Below, in pieces: positions 53,543 through 63,605 of a stretch of DNA of 63,605 nucleotides. The position numbers and the translations under genes were made by a program. The DNA lies in assembly GCF_001194135.2 (NCBI RefSeq), contig NC_068989.1:49450980-49514584 (forward strand), in the 5' to 3' direction. Numbering within the stretch: position 1 is the first letter of the stretch; each line of letters starts with the position of its first letter. The notes under the pieces were generated by a model. The model was not told the origin of the DNA. It saw only the letters and a list, made by a program, of their open reading frames with translations, and searched no databases. This DNA comes from Octopus bimaculoides. Taxonomy: Eukaryota.

Positions 53543-54657
53543 GGTGGACATTGGAATTAGACACTGAGGGAAAATGGCTGTAACTTTTTTATTTTTAAAT
53601 TTTGGCGATTTTCGTTTTCGANNNNNNNNNNNNNNNNNNNNNNNNNNNNNNNNNNNNNNNNNNNNNNNNNNNNNNNNNNNNNNNNNNNNNNNNNNNNNNN
53701 NNNNNNNNNNNNNNNNNNNNNNNNNNNNNNNNNNNNNNNNNNNNNNNNNNNNNNNNNNNNNNNNNNNNNNNNNNNNNNNNNNNNNNNNNNNNNNNNNNNN
53801 NNNNNNNNNNNNNNNNNNNNNNNNNNNNNNNNNNNNNNNNNNNNNNNNNNNNNNNNNNNNNNNNNNNNNNNNNNNNNNNNNNNNNNNNNNNNNNNNNNNN
53901 NNNNNNNNNNNNNNNNNNNNNNNNNNNNNNNNNNNNNNNNNNNNNNNNNNNNNNNNNNNNNNNNNNNNNNNNNNNNNNNNNNNNNNNNNNNNNNNNNNNN
54001 NNNNNNNNNNNNNNNNNNNNNNNNNNNNNNNNNNNNNNNNNNNNNNNNNNNNNNNNNNNNNNNNNNNNNNNNNNNNNNNNNNNNNNNNNNNNNNNNNNNN
54101 NNNNNNNNNNNNNNNNNNNNNNNNNNNNNNNNNNNNNNNNNNNNNNNNNNNNNNNNNNNNNNNNNNNNNNNNNNNNNNNNNNNNNNNNNNNNNNNNNNNN
54201 NNNNNNNNNNNNNNNNNNNNNNNNNNNNNNNNNNNNNNNNNNNNNNNNNNNNNNNNNNNNNNNNNNNNNNNNNNNNNNNNNNNNNNNNNNNNNNNNNNNN
54301 NNNNNNNNNNNNNNNNNNNNNNNNNNNNNNNNNNNNNNNNNNNNNNNNNNNNNNNNNNNNNNNNNNNNNNNNNNNNNNNNNNNNNNNNNNNNNNNNNNNN
54401 NNNNNNNNNNNNNNNNNNNNNNNNNNNNNNNNNNNNNNNNNNNNNNNNNNNNNNNNNNNNNNNNNNNNNNNNNNNNNNNNNNNNNNNNNNNNNNNNNNNN
54501 NNNNNNNNNNNNNNGGAGGAGGTGGTCCAACATTTTTTTTAGGGGGAATCGCATGACCGTGACATATAGAACACATTATCGAAAACGAAAATCGTCAAAA
54601 TTAAAAAATAAAAAAGTTACAGCCTTTTTCCCTCAGTGTCTAATTCCAATGTCCACC
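53543..54657. mobile_element. DNA transposon with long TIRs and 8-bp TSD (Merlin-like, interior in assembly gap)
   Basis: TIRs GGTGGACATTGGAATTAGACACTGAGGGAAAA... of at least 75 bp on both sides of the N gap; identical catctgga at 53535-53542 and 54658-54665. Confidence 0.8.
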
Positions 54658-54699
54658 CATCTGGACATTTATATACTTCATGAAATATCTCAGCAATAT

Positions 54700-57000
54700 A
54701 TATTAGTGACATGATGTGACGTGAATATCGTTGTTTATGAGAGAAAAGGAATAGGACAAAGCAGACAATATTTTAAAGATAGAAGAAATGGCGAGAGAGG
54801 GGGCGGGAGGCATATATGTAGATAGAGATATATGTAGATATAGAGAGAGAGGAGGAAGGAGGCATATATGTGGATGTATAGAGAGAGAGGGAGAAAGGAG
54901 GCACACACACACACAGGGAGGGAGTGGTAAAGAAATAGAGATTGGGAGACATGTTTCTATGTATGTGTGCGTCCACGTATAAGTATGTCGGTATATGTGT
55001 ATGCATGTATAGATAGATAGATAGATACGTCTGTTTGTGTCTGTATATATTTGCGCGTAATGTATATGTGTTGGTAGGTGAGCGTACACAAGATTTATTA
55101 GAAAGTGTCTTTTCGCGCCTATGAAACTCGGAGTAAAGTCCACTTGAGTGATTAACTGACCATTTATAAATATACTCTATCCGCTTTTCTTTTACTTGTT
55201 CAGGCACAAGTGCGTGTGTGTGATAGATATCTTCCCCCTTGTCGTCACCTAGACGTTATCGTCTTCTAATAACAGATTATAAAGTTAATATACAATTTTC
55301 TAACTTTAGTTCTATTATAAGGTAGGATTCAGCGGTGAAAAAGAAAAACGAATGAATTTATTAAATTTTAAAGTAATTTTTTTCTGGAAATTACGTGTGA
55401 CACGATTCTGAAATTCTGGATATACGTTTTGCCGCCAATTTCCAGTTATAGCATGAACGATAGTCCGAAAGTCAGCCATAAAGGTTTATTTTGAACATAC
55501 GGAAGTCTTTACATAAAATGAAGTTAAAATAAAAATAAATGATAGTTTTTTTTTAATGATGAATGATTATAATAAACTTTTTGATTGACAACGATAAAGA
55601 ATGCAGTCTTCACAGATTAATTCTATTACGAATATGGAAAAAATTCTCTCTTACATACAGAGCTGAAATTGTAAAAATTTGAAACTGCCAAAGAATTTTA
55701 TGATCTTGCGTATGGATATGTTTTTCAAACGTTGTTTTAACCATCGTCCTTCTTTTACAAACACTTTTTCTATGCCTTCTTGCAACGACCCATCTAAACT
55801 AAAATACACCACAAAATACTACGGTTTGATGGCCATTAAAGGATGCTTGCACAGTCATTCTATCAATATAATATAGACAGTCAAAACATTCAAATAATTA
55901 ATATTGTTTGTAAATTTTGGGACAAGGCCGGCAATTTCGGTGGAGAGGGGTAAGTCTGTTACGTTGACTCCACCAGTGTTCAACTGGTACTTATTTTATC
56001 GACTACGAGAGGATGAAAGGCGAAGTCGACTTCGGTGGGATTTATTTAAATCATCAATATCGCAAGGTAATTCACATAATTGGAAATATTTTTGTAAAAT
56101 GAGGGTAATTAAAACTTTCATAGAATATTTTTTGAACAATTTTGTTGGTAAATTCCTTTTGATCTTAACGACATAGCTGTTGTACCTCACCGATTTCGAA
56201 ATAACTATTTTCAAAAAGTACACAAAATAAAATTTATTTACTTATTCACATTTCGAAGTCTATTATCATTGTTGATGTTCACTGTCGTTATGTTATGGCT
56301 CACAAACAGTTTATTATAATATTATACTTAACTTTTTTTTTTTAAAGTTAATATTTAGATAGGAGACAGAGACTAAACACAAAGAAAAATCTATCACTCC
56401 CTGCACCACCAGGACTGAAATAAAATTTTCTACCACCCGCTTTGGGAAATACTGATTTATAGTTCTATCAAACCAAACACAAAGCTTTTTCTCCTCCACC
56501 TCACCCCAATCTGATATTTATTCAATCAATCTCTGCTAATTCGTTAGTTTACGAGGGTGCAAACAAACCAATTTCGTTTGTCAAACGATGATGAGAAACA
56601 AACACAAGTGCAAAGCCCCTCTCACTCACACGCGCGTTATTATTATGATTATAGGGGAAAATTTGACGGAGATATGCGTCCCCAAAAGTCCACGATGCCT
56701 GTCTCCGGTACAAAACGGAATAGACGTAAAGAATGTAAGCATCTAAGCCGAAATACATTAGACATAAATTATAAAGCATCGTTTCTCAGCAGCCGACATA
56801 CGATATATTTATATATATTAAAACCTCGGGTGTTATCACATGTAACGTTGCTCATGAAATATACCTTATTGTATCGGCTAAGACACGTTGTTTACGTCAC
56901 GTCCCTTATATATTATACAAACATACAACGGCCTTCAACACAGTTTCCGCCAACTACATTCATTCACAAGCTGTAACACTTGTGGAGGTGATCAGCGGAA
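54700..57000 (-). promoter_or_regulatory. Putative promoter / 5' end region of the minus-strand host gene
   Basis: Onset of CpG retention, canonical E2F-like TTTTCGCGCC at 55110-55119, unique sequence at 56.2-56.9 kb with a possible donor AA|GTAAAT at 56241. Inference only. Confidence 0.25.
55905..56045 (-). mobile_element. SINE family B (3' part, CpG retained)
   Basis: gggacaaggccggc...ttatcgactacgag...gcgaagtcgacttcgg. Confidence 0.8.
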
Positions 57001-59002
57001 CCGTAAGACCAAAGTGACGAAGGTCAATGGGTACTTCAACTTCAATCAAATATATAGTACTTCACTATATATGTTGAGTACTTCCCCGTCACATTTGCTG
57101 TAGTAACATTGAGTTGTATTTTCCATCTAAAATAATAGAGTATGGCGTGTTTTTTAAAGCTACCGAAGACCAGCGATTATACAAATTCTGATCTTTTTTC
57201 TTAGTTTCTTCTTCATATCTAACAGTTGTCACGTTTATATGAAACTGTTTCTGTTAAACCCTTTCATTTTTTTAAAGCTGATATTAATTTTCATTCCTAG
57301 AGAAAGCAACTTCTTATTAAAAAAAAAAAGGTAATAATCCTAAATTAAGCATTAGAGTAGTAAGTGATGTCTACCTCACAAATAAAGAAGTAAATTAAAA
57401 GGAAATTTTGAAAAAGTGAAACGAAAATGAGAAAGTGATATTTATGTATCAGTAAAACAGAAAAAAAAAATCGGCTCAAAGTGTTGTGTATATATGTATG
57501 TATGTACAAGAGTAAGTTTTAGGTAACGAAAAATGTTCGCTAAGCTAAGCAAAAGAAGACACTTTCACAATCGAAAGAAAATGAAAGATAGACAAAGACG
57601 GACAAAGCACTGCGATTGATAAGTGTCTAATAGAAAAAAAGAAATATTGCCAACTTGGAGGAAAATTCATACCACACATCTCCTGCTGTAAAACGAGATA
57701 AATCAGAGCTAAATTTGTCGGTCACGATAGACAATCAACTAACCATCCATATTATTATTATACTATTATTAAAGAATATTCCATCCAGCCGTCCATCTGA
57801 TTATCTCAATCTCTCAAATAAAAACGATCATTCACAATAAAACGTCTGGCGATCTTTCGAATTGTGTGTAAGATGGTGGGCAAAGTGGAAGATAAACAAA
57901 TACGTAGTTAAAGGCATTGAGTTTGTTCGCACGTGCATACGTGTTAGTTTGACACTCAGAGAAATGAAGAGTTGATAAAAAGGATGTTTCGGACAACTGG
58001 GTTTAGAGCAAGGGACCCTGAACTTTTTAGACCATCGACCCCTTCATGGAATCCTTGTCCCTCATCGCCCCCCAAACATGTACAAGAAAATAAATAAGAA
58101 TTAAAGAGATGTGCATTTATCGACCACTTTGGAGATGTTAGAGCCGGAACAAATACTGCAAGGAATCTAGTCCAAGGTTCATACAGTTCCAATAATCCAT
58201 CACTTTGAATTAGTATTTGTAAAAAAAAAAAAAGAAAGAAAAAACGAAGGTAAAATTGACCTCGGAAGGATATGAACGCAGGTTGCATTTCCGGAACAAA
58301 TAACGAAGCATTGTGTCTAACATCTCTGTCAATTCCCTTTCACAGAGCCTAGCAAGCCAACAGTATATACAAATACAATAGAAGTGGCATGGAGTCACAT
58401 AAAATATAAATACCATTTGCCATGCATGGCACTTAAAGAATCTTACCGGAGTTTACCAGACAAACGGAACGTCGTTAGGACATTCAACAAATGCATTAGA
58501 TATTACTCTCCCGCATTATTTATAAGATTTCAATTTACGAATTAAGATAAAACCAAACTCATATTACATAAAATCTGATTTTATAATTATTGCCGATTAA
58601 CGATCGTGTACCTTTCGTTTTGAGTCAGTACAATTCATTTCACTTTGTGTGCAATCCTATACGTACAAAGTTCGAAAGATCTCAAAATATCTACAGAGAG
58701 GTTTTAAGACAGCAAAACAAAATACTAATGTTGTATGTGCATAAACATATTCTGAGACGTTAAGAAAACTTAATTCCAGCTATATTTTTCATTCTACTTT
58801 GAATCGATAACCTTAAGTACCGATTGTGTAGTGCTGTTGAGATAATCGATTAATATACTATAACTGCAAAAAAAAAAAAAGACAGAAACAGCCACTGTCT
58901 GTAACGTTTGCTGACCCAGAGAAGGTTTTTTGATAGTTTGGGGGAGGTGTCCATTTGAGCATGAGCGTAGTAGTTCTGAAACTAAATTTTTAACTAAGAA
59001 TG

Positions 59003-59155
59003 AACTGACACTACTCACCAACGTTATATTTTCAAACATTTTTTTTTTTTTTTTGAGATAAACATTAATGATGTTGAATGTGGATGCCCTTTGGAGATTT
59101 GGAATGTTGAACTTCAGAAAATTCGAAACTTAAAACCATGAGCTTTAGGCAAAAA
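59003..59155 (+). repeat. Segment of about 150 bp duplicated at about 60597-60745
   Basis: Shared actgaca.tactc...gagata.acattaatgatgttg...tttggaatgttgaac.tcagaaaattcg.aactt.aaaccat.agctt.aggcaaaa. Confidence 0.85.
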
Positions 59156-59529
59156 TGTCCTGAATGTAATAAGCTTTATTTGTGATTAAACTACGATTTA
59201 GTAGAAGCATGAGCTAGGAAAAGACTACCAACGTAAGTGGTCCTGAGGCATTGTAGGAAGGAAGTAATCAAAAACTAAATACGACATTATCATTGCACAA
59301 TAATGGGCACATAATGTGCTGTAGGGTCTGATAATCTAACAGGAAATGAACGTTTTAGTTTGCGTACAAATGCGATGGAACAGCTAACAACAAGAGTGAA
59401 TTTAAAGAAAATAGACGGTAATAGACTGCTCTGATGGCTTGTTTTAAGTAAAAGACAACTGAAGTTAAATATATGATTTAATAGACAACCAAGATAAAGT
59501 TAGTAATAGCATTGTGGTTCGAAATCAGA

Positions 59530-59600
59530 TGAGGCTTGTGTGAGAAATTACATTTACTATGGCAATGAAACTTGTGCATTGATATGAAATTGTTTGTTGC
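59530..59600 (+). mobile_element. RTE-type LINE remnant
   Basis: Translates ACVRNYIYYGNETCAL, resembling the RTE motif ACVR..MLYGSETWA. Confidence 0.35.
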
Positions 59601-60788
59601 AACTGGAAATGAACAAGTTGAATGTATAATCAAAAAAGACTGGTCGCTAATGACTTGATAAAAGTAGCTGATCAGCGTCAAAATAGGAGGTATAGACATT
59701 ATAATTAGTGTGAAACAAGATTATATAGATTTGGAGATTAACATGGACGGACGCAAGGTTTAAATACATTTCCACTACCCGTGAGAAATGAATTAAGAAA
59801 ACGCAATGAAAGAAAAAGAGCGAATAAATAGCACACACACAATTACGTCTGTCCTTGAAGAACCAGTGCGAACCGTTTTCCATTTATATATCGTTGTTCT
59901 AGCAGCCTTTGAAGTGCGCTAGGATCTTAAGATCTTTCCATTTCGATGTAATAAATTTTTCTGAGTCATACTTGTAAATTTCGGCCATTAGACATTTCCC
60001 CGCCCTAAGTTTCCCCATATCTTGCAAGAGAAGGAATGAAGTAAATTTGGCTCAAGTTACAAACTATGTAAAATTGAGGATATTTGTCTCAACAGAAACG
60101 CGTCTTCACACATTTTTTTTTCTTAGAATTCACAAGTGGTCGCTGATACAAAAAGGAATTTCCCGGATTCATTCTAGAATAGTGAGTACCAAATGATCCC
60201 CAAAATATTACCTAAATTGTCTGCCCCACTCTCCACTTCTGTTTATGTGAAAACAAATTTCATTACCGTGCTGGACAAGTTTAAAACTTTTTTTTTATTA
60301 TGCATAACAACTCGTTCTCATTCCCTTTCAATTCTTAAAGCACAACTCCGTAAGAAACACTGCTCTAGAACGTTACGTATCCTAAACATTGTAATAGATT
60401 TGTGTTTCATTATAATTAATAATCATTAAAATGAGAATTAATAATCAATGCATTGGCTTGTCAACACAAGTGGCCTGTTACTCATGACAATGTAGATGCA
60501 TACAAGTACATAGATTTGTTTTTTGTTCTAGCCAAGACTTAATAACAGGAAAAAAAAGAGAACACAATATATCTATTCATTTAAGCAACGTAAGTGAATG
60601 ACTGACAATACTCCTCAAACTTTCATTTCTAAACATTTTTTGATTTGAGATAGACATTAATGATGTTGGGTGCAGATGTCCTTTGGAACTTTGGAATGTT
60701 GAACCTCAGAAAATTCGTAACTTGAAACCATCAGCTTCAGGCAAAACGCATAAAACTCGGACTTCGAGTCACTTATGTCGCCTAAATA

Positions 60789-61042
60789 CAGTGGTTCTCA
60801 ACCAGGGTCCACATAACCCTTGCGGGTCAATATAAGACTTTGTTGTTAATTTTTTTCTGCAATATTTTGGTTATACTTCTACAATACGCAAAATATTGAA
60901 ATAATTTTTTAATGAAATTTTTAATTATATTCAATAATAAAGATATATTAGGATTTTTAAAACACTGAATGACTAAGATGGACCACCCGATTAAAACAGA
61001 AATAAAAGGGGTCCATGGGTGAAAATTAGTTGAGAAATACTG
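60789..61042. mobile_element. hAT-type MITE
   Basis: TIRs CAGTGGTTCTCAAC / GTTGAGAAATACTG; degenerate 8-bp TSD cctaaata / ctttaata. Confidence 0.75.
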
Positions 61043-61217
61043 CTTTAATATCATTCCACACATATATAATCTGGTGACTCGTTTTGCGACTTATTTTTGT
61101 TTAAAATGTAGTGACTCCCGATCACTGCCTCACACGATGATGAACACAAGTAACGTCATTTTGTGGTTCCAAGAACTCGTGGTCTTGACTAAAAACAAAA
61201 TGCATAAAAACTACTAG

Positions 61218-61353
61218 GAATGGCTGTGTGGTAAGTAGCTTGCTTACCAACTACATGGTTGCGAGTTTAGCCCCACTGCATGGCACCTTGGGCCAATCAA
61301 AGCCTTGTGAGTGGATTTGGTAGACAGAAACTGAAAGAAGTCCGTCGTGTGTG

Positions 61354-61406
<53 letters not shown>

Positions 61407-61455
61407 GACTAAAGGCAGTGGTCCAGCATGGCCACAGTCAAAATGAGTGAAACAA
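61218..61455 (+). mobile_element. SINE family A (internally deleted, CpG retained)
   Basis: ggctgtgtggtaagtagcttgc...gaagtccgtcg (TA)n ttcgactaaaggc. Confidence 0.8.
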
Positions 61456-61475
61456 ATCAAATAACTCGTCAAATA

Positions 61476-61678
61476 CCGTAATCCCTCGACTATCACAGGT
61501 GTTACGTTCCAAAACCCCTTGAGATAGGTGAAAATCTGCTAAGTAGAAACAGTACTGTACTGTATTTTTTTTTTTTTTATAATTTGTATATATTTATTTT
61601 ATTATAAAAGCAAAACAACACCACAGAGGAATCGACGTAACCTTGAATAATAAACCGCGATATGGCGAGGAATAACTA
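61476..61678. mobile_element. pogo/Tigger-like MITE
   Basis: ta|ccgtaatccctcgactatc ... ccgcgatatggcgaggaataacta|ta; TA flanks and Tigger-like termini. Confidence 0.6.
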
Positions 61679-61848
61679 TAATATAAACTAGCTACACCCG
61701 TGAAAACTTCATGGAAAATATAAAAAAATGTAAGCATCTGTAAATTGTGTGCTGGTGCCAAGAGAAATGTTTCTATATTGTGACACTTACAGAATACAGA
61801 AAGAAGTATAAAACCGATAACTATATAATCCAACCAAAATATCTCAGT

Positions 61849-62312
61849 TCTATATTTAAGAGATGAGGAATTATGTACATTATTTACATTCGACGGATAT
61901 TTATTTATCTTCATCTTGTTTGTTGTTAACACAACGTTTCGGCTGATATACCCTCCAGCCTTTTTTAGGTGTCTTGGGGAAATTTCGAACCTGGGTTCTC
62001 ATTCCTAAGGTATTTTTCGATGTTACTATTATTATCATTGGAACTGGTATTAAGAAAGGATAGAAAAACATTAGATTTATAAGCCCTAAAATTCACTCCA
62101 TAACTGCCCACGGGCATAGTGGTTAAGAGCGCGGGCTACTAACCCTAAGATTCCGAGTTCGAACAATAATAATAAATAACATCGAAAAATGCCTTAGGAA
62201 TGAGAACCCAGGTTCGAAATTTTCCCAAGACTCTGGAGGGTATATCAGCCGAAACGTTGTGTTAACAACAAACAAGATGAGGACAAATATCCGTCGAATG
62301 TAAATAATGTAA
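61849..62312. mobile_element. Palindromic hammerhead-bearing Penelope-like/SINE element, about 150-160-bp arms around a spacer of about 130 bp
   Basis: Left arm (about 61875-62036) is the near-perfect reverse complement of the right arm (about 62165-62312). Both retain GGCTG/CAGCC-GAA-ACGT-T-GTGTT, except that the right-arm deletion clips the first two G of GGCTG. Confidence 0.85.
62106..62162 (+). mobile_element. tRNA-derived SINE head (Pol III A and B boxes) directly upstream of the hammerhead arm
   Basis: gcccacgggcaTAGTGGTTAAGagcgcgggctactaaccctaagattccGAGTTCGA: A-box, anticodon-like arm, truncated B-box; no acceptor-stem 3' half. Confidence 0.65.
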
Positions 62313-62419
62313 ACAAAATGTCTCAGTTACGCAAACGTAAACAGAATTGCTTTTTAGCCTTAAAATACATCGTACATATTCAAAGAACTTTCTTGATTTA
62401 GTGGTACGGAACGGTATTC

Positions 62420-62590
62420 TTTTACTTGTTACAGTCATATGACTGTGGCCATGCTGGAGCACCGACCTTTTGTCGAAGAAATCTAACCCTGGACTTATTC
62501 AGTGTAAGCCTGGTGCTTAACTGCTAAGTTACGGACACACACACACATACAGATAGGCTTTAGTCGGCCCGAGGTTACAGTAGAAGACAC
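62420..62590 (-). mobile_element. SINE family A (deleted, CpG retained)
   Basis: ttcttttacttgttacagtc...gtcggcccgagg. Confidence 0.75.
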
Positions 62591-63044
62591 TCTATAAAGT
62601 ATAAAGTTGAATTTCGTGTAGCCACCCGTTGGTAACTTTTCTCCCCCACCCCACCCGATTTTGTTGGGGGTATTACCCACTTTTCTGAGCTCTTTTCACA
62701 GCTATTCCCCGTTCTTAATTTGCATTAGTTTTTGTATGAAAAAAATGGAGCGGGGACTTGTTTGTATAGAATACATTAAATGTGCCTGAAAAAAACAAAA
62801 ACATGGTCTTTCAGCCCGACTAAAAGACATGAAGAACTATCAAACAAGGCGAATAAATACTGGGGGTGGAGGAAAGAGAGAACTAACATTCGATCCTTCT
62901 AGAACTCCCAGAATGAAAACCTAAACACCTTGATTGTTAAAAGTAAAGGAGTTAGAAAAAATCAATCGTGTTTCAGTCAAATTGTCATTTTAAATGACTG
63001 AGGCTTTCCTTTCCCTGTCTCTTCACTACTTTTCTCTATGTTCA

Positions 63045-63200
63045 AGAGAGTGAAGATGCGTGACTCAGTTGTTAGGGGTATTCGGCCCACGATCGTAAGG
63101 TCAGGAGTACGATTCCCGGCGGCGTGCTGTGTTCTTGAGCAAAGCACTCTACTTTACCTTGCTGCTGTCTACTCAAATGGCAAAAATGAGTAGTGCCCTA
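63045..63200 (+). mobile_element. SINE family D (CpG retained)
   Basis: ctcagttgttagg...gtacgattcccggcggcgtgctgtgttcttgagcaaagcact...aaaaatgagta. Confidence 0.7.
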
Positions 63201-63271
63201 CTCAACCACTTGCACGTTAATGGTAATGAAAAGTGGAAGTGACATCCAATATTTGCTGTAGTTATTTGTCT

Positions 63272-63605
63272 TTGATTTAACAATGTATCTATGTATCTAC
63301 TTTTCTTTCAAAGTGTGTATCAGTCTATTCTGAAAATACTGATAAACATTTAAAAGCAAAATAAAGAACGCCACCTTGCTTTCAGTCATCACTCACTGTT
63401 TCTCTCACTCTCTGTCTTACTTCCTCTCTCTCCCGCTTTTAATTTAACAATGTGTTTGTATATGTATGTATGTTTGTATCTACTTTTCTTTCGATGAATG
63501 CATCAGTCTACTCTGAAAATACTGATAAACACTTAAAAACAATAAAAGGAACGCCACCTTCCTTTCAGTCACCACTCACTGTCTCTCTCATTTCCTCTCT
63601 CTCGC
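63272..63605. repeat. Tandem duplication, unit of about 180 bp
   Basis: ctacttttctttc...cagtcta..ctgaaaatactgataaaca..aacgccacctt..ctttcagtca..actcactgt occurs at about 63297 and 63480. Confidence 0.9.

Noticed and set aside
32605-54714. Long ORFs (150-370 aa) in the ORF track at 32.6, 41.3, 42.4, 44.4 and 53.6 kb (also 24.8 kb)
   Set aside because: They are open only because they run through N gaps.
57990-58160. Possible hAT MITE (tagagcaagggaccctgaactttt...)
   Set aside because: Only one terminus is recognisable and there is no TSD.
62106-62162. Possible tRNA gene
   Set aside because: Only A-box, anticodon-like arm and truncated B-box; no complete cloverleaf. Treated as a SINE head.

Overview
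AT-rich eukaryotic genomic DNA from a gapped short-read assembly. The repeat content (tRNA-headed SINEs with (AAT)n or (TA/TG)n tracts, RTE and Tx1-type LINE remnants, TTAA and hAT MITEs, very dense microsatellites) is typical of an octopus (coleoid cephalopod) genome; this assignment is pattern recognition, not a database result. No long ORF is real: all ORF-track entries over about 100 aa that I examined run through N gaps, microsatellites or low-complexity tracts, or lack recognisable homology. By eye, about 1-51 kb is CpG-depleted and A-rich on the + strand, and about 52-63.6 kb retains CpG. This fits the methylated, mostly intronic body of a minus-strand gene with its 5' end near 55-57 kb. 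I can propose only a few candidate exons (best: a spliced pair at 16.9-17.2 kb) and cannot name the protein. The most interesting signal is a family of head-to-head palindromic elements (15.2, 50.6, 61.9 kb) whose arms carry a minimal type I hammerhead ribozyme motif of the Penelope-like kind. In one copy a tRNA-derived Pol III head sits directly upstream of the hammerhead arm, and every copy has a lesion in the catalytic core. Also present: a mariner fold-back, a GG-terminated transposon with an 8-bp TSD (Merlin-like), a seven-copy SINE tandem array and several inverted repeat pairs that could form dsRNA. Repeat coordinates are approximate (tens of bp) unless TIR/TSD boundaries are given.
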